From an uncultured Chthoniobacter sp. (GTDB taxonomy: Bacteria; Verrucomicrobiota; Verrucomicrobiia; Chthoniobacterales; JACTMZ01): a DNA stretch of 44,410 bases. The stretch spans positions 1 to 44,410 of the forward strand of contig CAZEYV010000050.1 in the NCBI GenBank assembly GCA_964516705.1, written 5' to 3'. The stretch's first letter is position 1. Each line of letters begins with the position of its first letter. Shown here piece after piece: positions 28,147 through 38,392 of this stretch. The notes below the pieces were generated by a model. That model saw only the letters and a list, made by a program, of their open reading frames with translations. It was not told the origin of the DNA and did not search any database. A program made the position numbers and the translations under genes.

Positions 28147-28890
28147 TTATTTGCTGGCTTCGCGGGCGGCGAGGTCGCCGAGAACACTGATGCCCTTCAG
28201 GGTCCAAAGGGGATCGACCGTGATTTTCAGGCCCGTCAATTTCGCGACCAACCGGGCGTCGCCACCGGTGAAAACAACATGTCCGGCCGGCAAAGAACGT
28301 AGTAAATGCTGCACGGTTCCTGCGTATCCGCCGACCACGCCCGCCCGCAAAGCCTCGCGCGTATTGCGTCCGGCGGCGCGGCGCGGTGGGGCAAATTCGG
28401 TGACCGGCAACTGCGCGGTCGCGTCGGACAAAGCTTTGGCCAGCACGCGCAGACCCGGCGCGATGGCACCGCCGGCAAAACGCCCGCGCGCGTCGAGCCA
28501 ATCGAAAGTCGCCGCCGTCCCGAAGTCGGCCACGACCGCGTCTTTTCCGAATCGCCGCACCGCTTCGGCCATGTTGGCCAAGCGATCGGCCCCCACCGTG
28601 CGGCGATCGACGAGCGTGGAAAAATTCAGCGGCGATGATTGTCCGACGAGCACAGTCGAACGACATCCCGCGCGCAAAACTTTGCCCACCGCGGGCACAA
28701 CGCACGACGCCACGGCCGACGCGCATCCGTTGCGGCGCATGATTGATTTGATGCGCGCCGACGTGAGGCGGTCGGTGGGAACCTGCGCCACGACACGCGG
28801 CACCGCGTGACGCCGCGCAACTTTGGCGAATTTCACGGACGTGTTGCCCGCGTCGATGACCAGCATCGGGTAAAGTTGTTTCAGGCCCAC
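28147..28890 (-). CDS. coaX: Type III pantothenate kinase
   Basis: IDAGNTSVK, VGADRLAN, ADFGTAATFD, GGAIAPG, FTGGD; GTG at 28890 (alternative ATG at 28866). Confidence 0.93.
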   Translation of the reverse strand: MGLKQLYPMLVIDAGNTSVKFAKVARRHAVPRVVAQVPTDRLTSARIKSIMRRNGCASAVASCVVPAVGKVLRAGCRSTVLVGQSSPLNFSTLVDRRTVGADRLANMAEAVRRFGKDAVVADFGTAATFDWLDARGRFAGGAIAPGLRVLAKALSDATAQLPVTEFAPPRRAAGRNTREALRAGVVGGYAGTVQHLLRSLPAGHVVFTGGDARLVAKLTGLKITVDPLWTLKGISVLGDLAAREASK

Positions 28891-28948
28891 GCTTTCCTTG
28901 TAGCGCGCCCCGCGCCCCGGCGCCAACCAACTGTAGCGGCGGCGCTAC

Positions 28949-28984
28949 CTCTGAACCTCTGCGTTCTCCGTGCCCTCTGCGGTT
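28949..28984. repeat. Short degenerate 9-mer tandem array right after the UDG stop codon
   Basis: ctctgaac ctctgcgtt ctccgtgcc ctctgcggt. Confidence 0.55.
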
Positions 28985-29601
28985 CACTTCCCCGCTGCGA
29001 TGGCCCGCAACGCCGGATCTTCAGAGAGCAACCCGAGCGCCCGGCGCAGCAGCGTCTTGCCCGGCTCGGTGCGGTGCCACGTCGAGGCGCCGGAGGGATG
29101 GGGGAGCGCGATCAGGTCGAATTTCACCCCGCCGCGCTCGAGCGGAATGCGCCGACCGATCACTTCGCTCAGTTTTTCCGCGGCGACAAATTGCGCGATG
29201 GCCAGCTTGCCCACGGGAATGACGAGCTTGGGGCGGAGCAGGGCGATCTCCCGCTCCATCCAAGGCGCACAGTTGGCGATCTCCTCGTCATTGGGCACGC
29301 GGTCACCGCTTCCCTTGGGATGCTTGCCGGGAAAGCAGCGGCAGACCGCCGCCATGTAGATGCCCGCGCGGAAGACATCCTCGCCGAACCCGCAGGCCTC
29401 CTCGAACCAGCGGAAAAGCGTTTTTCCCGCGGTCCAGGCGAAGGGACGTCCGAGTTGCGGTTCGCGCACGCCGGGGGCTTGTCCGACCAGCATCACCTTG
29501 CTCCGCACCGGTCCGCCCGAGACCGGCGCTGATTCCATGCGCGCGCACTTGCGGCACGCGTGGAGCGCTTCGACGTGGGTCCGCAGCGCGCGGTCGTTCA
29601 T
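28984..29601 (-). CDS. Uracil-DNA glycosylase family protein
   Basis: CRKC, MLVGQAPG, RPFAWTAGKTL, CRCFPG, LPHPSGAS. Confidence 0.9.
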   Translation of the reverse strand: MNDRALRTHVEALHACRKCARMESAPVSGGPVRSKVMLVGQAPGVREPQLGRPFAWTAGKTLFRWFEEACGFGEDVFRAGIYMAAVCRCFPGKHPKGSGDRVPNDEEIANCAPWMEREIALLRPKLVIPVGKLAIAQFVAAEKLSEVIGRRIPLERGGVKFDLIALPHPSGASTWHRTEPGKTLLRRALGLLSEDPALRAIAAGK

Positions 29602-30377
29602 CGCCCTTGGAACCGCGGTGGGCGTTTTTCTTTGAAGGCGCGGATGCCTTCCGCGTAGTCCTCGCTGTCATAGACCTTGCGGCGGATGGCTTGGATTTCC
29701 TCGGCGGTCTCCGCGTCGATGTGATGACCGCGACTGAGCAGGCGGAATTCGGCTTTGAGTGATTGCACGGCCAGCGGCGCATTGCTGGCGATGGTCTCCG
29801 CCATTTTCATGGTGAAGGACTCCAACTCCGCCGCCTCGACCACATGGTTGACGAAACCGTTGTTCCACGCGTCGTCCGCCCCGACCGGTTGCGCGGTGAA
29901 AAACATTTCTTTGGCTTTGTTCACCCCGATGAGGTTGGTGAAGTGGATGAGGCCGGACGCGTTGTAAGGAATGCCGATCTTGGCCGGCGTCATGGCAAAG
30001 GAGGAACCTTGCGCGGCAATGATCAGATCGCACGCGGCGCAGAGGTCGCACGCGCCGCCCCAGACCGAACCTTCGACCATGGCCATGACCGGCACGGGGC
30101 AGTCCTGGACCTTGCGCAAGAGTGTTTCCAGCGCGTCGAAATAACCGAGCGGGTCGCGGCGCGGTTCGGGGATCTCGTTGATGTCGTGTCCGGCCGACCA
30201 GACTTTCACGCCGGGTGCGGCGCGGATGACGATGACATGCACGCCGTCGGCCACCAATTCGTCGAGCGCGGTCGTCAGTTCGCGCATCAAATCGCCGTTC
30301 AGGCTGTTGTGCTTTTCCGTGCGGTTGAGCTGCAGGACACCGGTCTTGCCGGTCAGGGATTTTTCGACCAAGGCCAT
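29598..30377 (-). CDS. scpB: Methylmalonyl-CoA decarboxylase (crotonase fold)
   Basis: KVWSAGHDINEIP..RRDPLGY, MVEGSVWGGA, FAMTP..IGIPYN, RRKVYDSEDYAEG closely follow E. coli ScpB as recalled from memory. Confidence 0.85.
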   Translation of the reverse strand: MALVEKSLTGKTGVLQLNRTEKHNSLNGDLMRELTTALDELVADGVHVIVIRAAPGVKVWSAGHDINEIPEPRRDPLGYFDALETLLRKVQDCPVPVMAMVEGSVWGGACDLCAACDLIIAAQGSSFAMTPAKIGIPYNASGLIHFTNLIGVNKAKEMFFTAQPVGADDAWNNGFVNHVVEAAELESFTMKMAETIASNAPLAVQSLKAEFRLLSRGHHIDAETAEEIQAIRRKVYDSEDYAEGIRAFKEKRPPRFQGR

Positions 30378-30427
30378 GAAGCCTTGTTGCTACGCGAGGC
30401 GCGGCGGCGAGTAAAGAGCGGCGGGGG

Positions 30428-32008
30428 TCAGGGGGCGGGTTGCGCGTCCAGTTCCTGCCACAGGCGCAGAGCCTCGTCGCGCGCGGCAGTGTTGCCGAGT
30501 TGTTCCTCCATCACGGCGAGATTGCGCGCCGTGCCCGGCGTGGCGCGGATGACCAACGATTGCCGCATCAAAGCGGCACCTTCGTTATACCGTCCGAGTT
30601 TCCACACCATGACGGCCAGGTCGTTGAACGCTTCCGCGTTGTCGGGCCGGCGTGCGATGACCCCGCGCATCAATTGTTCGCCTTCCGCGGTGCGTCCGCG
30701 GTCGTCGAGGGCGGACGCGTAGTTGTGCATCGCTTTCCAGCTGCGCGGGTTGGTTTCGAGCGTGGCGGCGAAGAGTTTGAGGTCCTCGGACCACAACGGC
30801 AGCCGCTGCACGGTCAACCAGGTCAACCCCGCGACCCCGGCCGCCGCCAGCGCTATGACCCATCCGCGCGCCGCCTGCGCGACGATCATGGCCACGGCCA
30901 AGGCCGGCCCGAGCAGCGCGAAGTAGGCGTAACGATCGGCCACCGTGCTGACCAATTGGAAGTTGAACGGGACCAGACCGAGCGTGGGCAAAAGCGCCGT
31001 GGCAAAGACAAGGAAGGGCACGAGATACCAACGGAGGGGTTTGAGCCAAAGCAGCGCGGCTGCGAGCACCGCGGGTCCGAGCCACGTCCACCACAACGAC
31101 CCCGCGGCCAGCACCATGTCGGGCGAGCGCCCGTAATCGGCCGACAGCCCGGCTGGAACCAGGGTCTTGGCCAGATAAAAGGCCAGCGCATCGCCGGCCA
31201 CGAGCGGACGCATCCACGCCGGCACCAATCCTTCGGCCAGCTGCGCGGCCCATTGCGCATTGCTGGTCAGCACCACCCAGAGCGCGCCGATGAGCAGCCA
31301 GGGCCCGAGCGACCACGCGATCCGCCGCCGCTCCCAACGGAACGGCATCACGGCGAGCACGGCGGCCACGAAAGGCAAGGCAACGCCCGCGGGTTTGGCG
31401 GCAAGGGAGGCCGTGAAAAGCAAGGTGGCCGCGATCCAACGCGCTTTGGCCCGGTGCCCGCCGCCGAACAAGACGGCAAGCGCGGCGAGACCGAGGCATC
31501 CGCCGAGCGCGTCGCGCAATCCCGAAATCCACGCCACCGATTCCACCTGCAGCGGATGCAGCGCGAAGAAAAGCGCCCCGAGAGCCGCGGCTATCCCGGC
31601 TTTGCCGCGCGCCACCCGCGGGAAAAACTTTCCGACCGCGCGATGCAGCAAGACGAAAGCCAGCACGGCCGACAGGGTGTGCACGACAACATTTGCCCCG
31701 TGGAACCACGACGCATCGAGCGCCCCGTCCGCCACCGGCAGTCCGGCCATCCGCCGCGACAGCACGGCCAGCCCGGCCCACACCGTGTAAGTGAGGGGAA
31801 TGTAAAGCTGCTGCCACGGCCCGGCCCACAGCGCGCCGATGCTTGACCAGGAAAGATCGGCAAGGTGCGGGTTGGCGTGCACATGGATGTCGTCGTCCCA
31901 GAAAGGCAGAAAAGGAAACCGCACCGCCGGCAGGAAGACGAGGCAGGTGATCGCCGCGACGATCGCCGCGGCGGCCCGGGCCGTTATCTTGCGGTTCTGC
32001 TCATTCAC
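30428..32008 (-). CDS. TMTC-like GT-C membrane glycosyltransferase with C-terminal TPRs
   Basis: FWDDDIHVHAN, YIPLT, LFFALHPLQVESVAWISG, VADRYAY, many TM segments, TPRs; AAGGAG followed by GTG start. Confidence 0.85.
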   Translation of the reverse strand: MNEQNRKITARAAAAIVAAITCLVFLPAVRFPFLPFWDDDIHVHANPHLADLSWSSIGALWAGPWQQLYIPLTYTVWAGLAVLSRRMAGLPVADGALDASWFHGANVVVHTLSAVLAFVLLHRAVGKFFPRVARGKAGIAAALGALFFALHPLQVESVAWISGLRDALGGCLGLAALAVLFGGGHRAKARWIAATLLFTASLAAKPAGVALPFVAAVLAVMPFRWERRRIAWSLGPWLLIGALWVVLTSNAQWAAQLAEGLVPAWMRPLVAGDALAFYLAKTLVPAGLSADYGRSPDMVLAAGSLWWTWLGPAVLAAALLWLKPLRWYLVPFLVFATALLPTLGLVPFNFQLVSTVADRYAYFALLGPALAVAMIVAQAARGWVIALAAAGVAGLTWLTVQRLPLWSEDLKLFAATLETNPRSWKAMHNYASALDDRGRTAEGEQLMRGVIARRPDNAEAFNDLAVMVWKLGRYNEGAALMRQSLVIRATPGTARNLAVMEEQLGNTAARDEALRLWQELDAQPAP

Positions 32009-32038
32009 GGCTCCTTGCACCCTGACGGGGAATGCTGC

Positions 32039-32797
32039 TCAGCGCAATTCGAGCACGACCGGGCAGTGGTCCGAACCCGCAACGTGCGGCAGGATGCGCG
32101 CGGCTTTGACCCGCGGGACCAGCGCCGGCGAAACGAGGAAGTAATCGATGCGCCATCCGATGTTGCGCGGACGCGCATTGTTCATGTAGCTCCACCACGT
32201 GTAGTGGCCGTTGCCCTGCGTGAAGAGGCGGAAGGTGTCGACGAAGCCTGCGTCGATCAGGGCCTGGAATTCGCCGCGTTCCTCGTCGGTGAATCCGGCG
32301 TTTTTGCGGTTGGTCTTGGGGTTGGCCAGATCGTCCTCGGTATGCGCGACATTGAGGTCGCCGCAGACAACGACCGGCTTTTTCTTCTCCAGTTTCCCGA
32401 GGTAAGCACGGAAAGCCGGTTCCCAATGCTTTGTGCGGTAATCGAGGCGCGTCAATTCGCGCTGCGAATTCGGCGTATACACGTTGACCAAAAAGAAATC
32501 TTCGTATTCCAGCGTGACAACACGTCCTTCGCGGTCGTGCTCCTCCGCCCCGAGCCCGGTCGTATGGCCCGCGGGCTTGTTTTTGGCGAAGGTGGCGGTG
32601 CCGGCGTAGCCGGGTTTCTCGGCGGAATTCCAATGCGGGGCGAAGCCGCGCGGCCAGGTGACCCCGGCGACTTGTTCGGGTTTGGCTTTGGTTTCCTGCA
32701 AGCAGAACACATCGGGTTTCTCGGCGGTCCAAAAATCGAGGAGGCCTTTGCCGAGGATCGAGCGCAGGCCGTTGACGTTCCAGGAGATGAGTTTCAT
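32039..32797 (-). CDS. xth: Exodeoxyribonuclease III / AP endonuclease
   Basis: SWNVNGLR, CLQETK, NVYTPNS, CGDLNVAH, YTWWSY, GWRIDYF, GSDHCP. Confidence 0.97.
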   Translation of the reverse strand: MKLISWNVNGLRSILGKGLLDFWTAEKPDVFCLQETKAKPEQVAGVTWPRGFAPHWNSAEKPGYAGTATFAKNKPAGHTTGLGAEEHDREGRVVTLEYEDFFLVNVYTPNSQRELTRLDYRTKHWEPAFRAYLGKLEKKKPVVVCGDLNVAHTEDDLANPKTNRKNAGFTDEERGEFQALIDAGFVDTFRLFTQGNGHYTWWSYMNNARPRNIGWRIDYFLVSPALVPRVKAARILPHVAGSDHCPVVLELR

Positions 32798-33411
32798 GAG
32801 TTTTTGCGGTGGGACTTATAGGTCCCATGGGACCCATAGGACCTATGAGTCCCATCTTCCTTGGCCCGTTGCTCAAGCCGCGCGCGCGTCATGCGCTCGC
32901 GGAGGCCGCCTTGCTCGAGAAAATCTTTCTCGAGGCGCGCGATCTGGCGGTCGATGAGGTAGTTGGCCTGGTTGATCAGGCAGATCGCGATATTGGCGAC
33001 CACTTCAGGTGGGCGGGTCTCGAAGATTTCGCGGTAGAGTTCGTAGGTCTGCGGTTGCTTCGTGCCGAGGCGGCGCGCGTAAAGCGCCTCCCTGGAGTCC
33101 TTGGGCCAGATTGAAAGATCCCGGCTGCGCAGGTAGTCGAGGTAGTCGTCGAGCGCTTCCTCCAGACTGGCGCGGGCCACATTGGTGAGTTTGATCTCCA
33201 TCTCCTTGGAAGTCTTCGAGGCCTTGCTTCCCTCGAGCAGGTTCTTTTTGCCGGAGCGCGCCGCCTGCACCATTTGGTCGACCGTGCGGTCGCCGCGCCC
33301 GAGATACTTGCGCGCAAAGCGCACCGTAAGATCGTAAACCACCTCGGCTTTCTGGAACGCTTTCAGCTCTTGGTAGTTGCCATGCTTGGGGAGGAAGCTG
33401 GAGCCGGAATT

Positions 33412-33414
<3 letters not shown>
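32794..33414 (-). CDS. Four helix bundle protein with suffix domain (TIGR02436/TIGR04258-like; 23S IVP/Avd fold)
   Basis: YQELKAFQKA..VYD, DRTVDQMVQAARSGKKNLLEG, EIKLTNVARASLEE..DY.DYLR, QIARLEKDFLEQGGLRERMTRAR. Confidence 0.9.
32810..32855. repeat. Five-unit 9-mer tandem array (RGWCYYATR), downstream flank of the four-helix gene
   Basis: ggacttata ggtcccatg ggacccata ggacctatg agtcccat. Confidence 0.9.
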
Positions 33415-35820
<2,406 letters not shown>

Positions 35821-35940
35821 CGCGTTACGGAACACGGCCGGCCAGCAGTGCTCAAGCAAGGATGTGGGATTGGTGAAAATTGTCCCATAGGCGCGTGTCC
35901 CTGCGGAGCCATCAGAGAAGAAAGCCGGGTTCGTCGCACT

Positions 35941-35956
35941 TGGCACGCGGGTTGCT
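35941..35956 (+). promoter_or_regulatory. Sigma54 (-24/-12) promoter
   Basis: TGGCACG-CGGG-TTGCT matches the consensus TGGCACG-N4-TTGCW exactly. Confidence 0.75.
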
Positions 35957-35966
35957 ACTCTTCCTT

Positions 35967-36063
35967 GTATCCCGCTTCACCGCGGGCCACAGCCTGGTTG
36001 ATCCATCAGCATTGCGAGTCCGGGGGGAACTCAATGGCAGGATCAATCAGGCTGTTTCTTTTC
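35967..36063 (+). ncRNA. Candidate sigma54-dependent small RNA (~95 nt)
   Basis: Follows the sigma54 site; small hairpin 35971-35986, 16-bp stem 35989-36004/36040-36055, then TTCTTTTC; no credible plus-strand CDS. Confidence 0.55.
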
Positions 36064-36775
36064 GGGGCAGGACAATAAAGCCGGTGCGGAGGTCTCCGAG
36101 GATTTCCAGCGAGCGCGGCCCGTGCCCGGCCGCTTGCCAGCCGACAAGGGCACAAAGCAGGGCGTCGGTCATGTCCTCGGTATCCTTGGTCCATGCGGTG
36201 CGAAGCAGGGCACCGGTTGCGGGATCCTCCGCGAGGGCGGGCGCGTGTTCCACCATCCAAGCCCGTAGCAGGCGTTGCAAGCGGGCGAACTCACGGCGGC
36301 GGGCGGCGACCGGGCCGCGTTTGTATTTGATGGTGCGATCCAGATGGAACCAACGCACGGTCGCGGGGTGGGGGAAGACCTCGATGAGGGCGCGCGGCGT
36401 GGCGGGCCAGTCGGTGGATATGACAAAGCCGGCGCGGCGCAGGCGGCGGACCACGCGCAGCGGTCGCGCGGCCAGGGTACGGTTGGCCGGATGGGCGGCT
36501 GCCTGGACGCGGTGGAAAAGCCGATGGGTCAAACGGTCGACCGGCCGGGCCCCGGTGCGGTTCGGGCAAACCACGGGGGCGTCAAGGCAGAGCAGTGCCG
36601 TTTCCCCAGGCGCGATGGACGCGAGCAGGTGGGCGAGGAGGTCCGCATCGCCGCGGGTCAGGTTGTATGACACTCTCGAGATGCGGCGTCCCGCACCGTG
36701 CAGCACGCAGACCCCGTCCGGGCGGCGTTCGCCCCATGCGAGGTCGATCCCGGCGACCGCCCAGCGGCACGGCAT
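36047..36775 (-). CDS. DUF429 family protein (RNase H-like predicted nuclease)
   Basis: AGIDLAW, CLDAPVVCPNRTGARPVD, LIEVFPHPA, IKYK, DALLCA. Confidence 0.87.
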   Translation of the reverse strand: MPCRWAVAGIDLAWGERRPDGVCVLHGAGRRISRVSYNLTRGDADLLAHLLASIAPGETALLCLDAPVVCPNRTGARPVDRLTHRLFHRVQAAAHPANRTLAARPLRVVRRLRRAGFVISTDWPATPRALIEVFPHPATVRWFHLDRTIKYKRGPVAARRREFARLQRLLRAWMVEHAPALAEDPATGALLRTAWTKDTEDMTDALLCALVGWQAAGHGPRSLEILGDLRTGFIVLPRKETA

Positions 36776-36779
36776 GGGT

Positions 36780-37424
36780 TCAGAGCTCCCGCGGCGCGTC
36801 CGGCGGATCGCCGGCCAGCATGGTGGGCGGCGGTGCATCCGGGGCTGCGGCTGCGACGGCTGGCGGTTCGGACGGCACGAGCTTGGGCAGGCGCTGGGCG
36901 AGCGGCTCGCGGAAGATGTCGACCCGCGCGCCGGGGCCGACGCGGTCGAAGAGGGCGATGACGTCGCGCGAGCGCATGCGGACGCAACCGTAGCTGACCG
37001 GCAGGCCGATATTGCGTTCCTCGGGCGTGCCGTGGATGTAGATGAAGCGGCCGAAGCTGTTGCGGTTATGACTTTCTTTGCCGTCCAGCCAGAGAATGCG
37101 CGTGACGATCGGGTCGCGTCCGGGCGCGTCGACCGGAAGCACCTCGCCGGTCGGACGGCGGGATTTGAAAACGGCGCCCGGGGGAAGTCCGTGACCGATT
37201 TTTTTCACCACCCGGTGCTTGCCCAAGGGAGTGCCGTAACTGCCGGGCGCGGAACTCAGGCCGAACTTCGAGGTCGAAACCGGGTAAGACGCCACGGGTT
37301 GCCCCGCCTCGGTCACGAGCATTTTCTGGTCGGCCACGCTGATGTGCATGACGTGGCGGTTGTCCATCTGCGCGCAACCGGCCAGCACGATGGGCGTAAG
37401 GAGAAAAAGCGCACGGAATCGCAT
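36780..37424 (-). CDS. L,D-transpeptidase family lipoprotein
   Basis: Lipobox VLAGC, YPVSTS, TPLG, IYIHGT, SYGCVRM. Confidence 0.92.
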   Translation of the reverse strand: MRFRALFLLTPIVLAGCAQMDNRHVMHISVADQKMLVTEAGQPVASYPVSTSKFGLSSAPGSYGTPLGKHRVVKKIGHGLPPGAVFKSRRPTGEVLPVDAPGRDPIVTRILWLDGKESHNRNSFGRFIYIHGTPEERNIGLPVSYGCVRMRSRDVIALFDRVGPGARVDIFREPLAQRLPKLVPSEPPAVAAAAPDAPPPTMLAGDPPDAPREL

Positions 37425-37527
37425 TCTTTTCCAGAGTAGCACAGCTGGCCCCAAGGTCGAGCGACGGCCCGGATGGATCGGGAATAAATTATCGAATCAG
37501 GGTCTTTTCCGCCTTCGGGAAATTTTT

Positions 37528-37555
37528 TGAACGTCCGTCGCCCGGCGTGGTCGAA
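37528..37555 (+). promoter_or_regulatory. Putative ECF/sigmaE-type promoter
   Basis: TGAACGT-N16-TCGAA preceded by an AT tract; compare E. coli sigmaE GGAACTT-N16-TCAAA. Confidence 0.4.
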
Positions 37556-37578
37556 ATAACCGGTTTGGTTTGCGCCAA

Positions 37579-37642
37579 GAGCCGCCGGGCCGGTCAGTTT
37601 TCTTGTTTTCTGACTGGAATCACCGGCGGCTCACTTTTTTTT
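37579..37642 (+). terminator. Long hairpin with U8 tail; probable 3' end of a small RNA
   Basis: GAGCCGCCGG/CCGGCGGCTC 10-bp stem, inner CCGGTCAG/CTGACTGG stem, then ACTTTTTTTT. Confidence 0.7.
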
Positions 37643-37681
37643 GCCTTTGAGGTGGGGTGATGTCTTCCTAGCGTCCGAGTC

Positions 37682-38392
37682 GTGAAACCCGAACCAGCCG
37701 CTCCGGATACGGTTCTTGTCATCGAGGACGAGGCCGATGTGCTGGAGTTGCTCCGTTACAATCTCGACCGGTCCGGGTTCCGGGTGCTTCTGGCCGGTGA
37801 CGGCCGCTCCGGCCTCGATGAGGCGCGCGCAGCGCGGCCCGATGTCATCGTCCTCGATCTCATGCTCCCGGAGATGCGCGGCGAGGAAGTCTGCCGCCAA
37901 CTCAAGTCGTCCGGGGAAACCGCGTCGATCCCCGTCATCATGCTGACCGCCAAAGCCCAGGTCGATGAACGCGTGGCCGGACTCGAACTCGGGGCCGACG
38001 ATTACGTGGCCAAGCCTTTCAGTCCGCGCGAGCTGGTCTTGCGCGTCCAGGCCGTGCTCCGCCGGATGCGCGCCGCCGGTCCGGGCGGTTCGCTCGTTCT
38101 CGGGCCGTTCGAGCTCGACCGCGGCACGTTCGAAGTGCGCCTCGAGGGCACCAAGCTCGATCTGACCGCGATCGAATTCAAGCTGGCTGCCGCGCTCATG
38201 GAAAAACGCGGCGCACCGATCTCGCGGGAGACGCTGTTGCGCGACGTGTGGGGCTACCGCAATCCGATCGACAGCCGCACGGTCGACACGCACATGCGGC
38301 GCCTGCGCGCCAAGCTCGGACCCCACGCCGGCTGTTTTACCACGGTGCGCGGCGCGGGTTACCGGTTCGACGCGGGAGGGACGGAAGATTGA
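37682..38392 (+). CDS. OmpR/PhoB family response regulator (PhoB-like)
   Basis: VIEDE, VLDLMLP, MLTAK, LELGADDYVAKPFSPREL, RTVDTHMRRLRAKL, TVRGAGY. Confidence 0.95.
   Translation: MKPEPAAPDTVLVIEDEADVLELLRYNLDRSGFRVLLAGDGRSGLDEARAARPDVIVLDLMLPEMRGEEVCRQLKSSGETASIPVIMLTAKAQVDERVAGLELGADDYVAKPFSPRELVLRVQAVLRRMRAAGPGGSLVLGPFELDRGTFEVRLEGTKLDLTAIEFKLAAALMEKRGAPISRETLLRDVWGYRNPIDSRTVDTHMRRLRAKLGPHAGCFTTVRGAGYRFDAGGTED

Noticed and set aside
28049-28987. Apparent long N-terminal extension of the dehydrogenase (721-aa ORF)
   Set aside because: Out-of-frame overlap with coaX and low-information sequence; the Rossmann motif starts at 28048.
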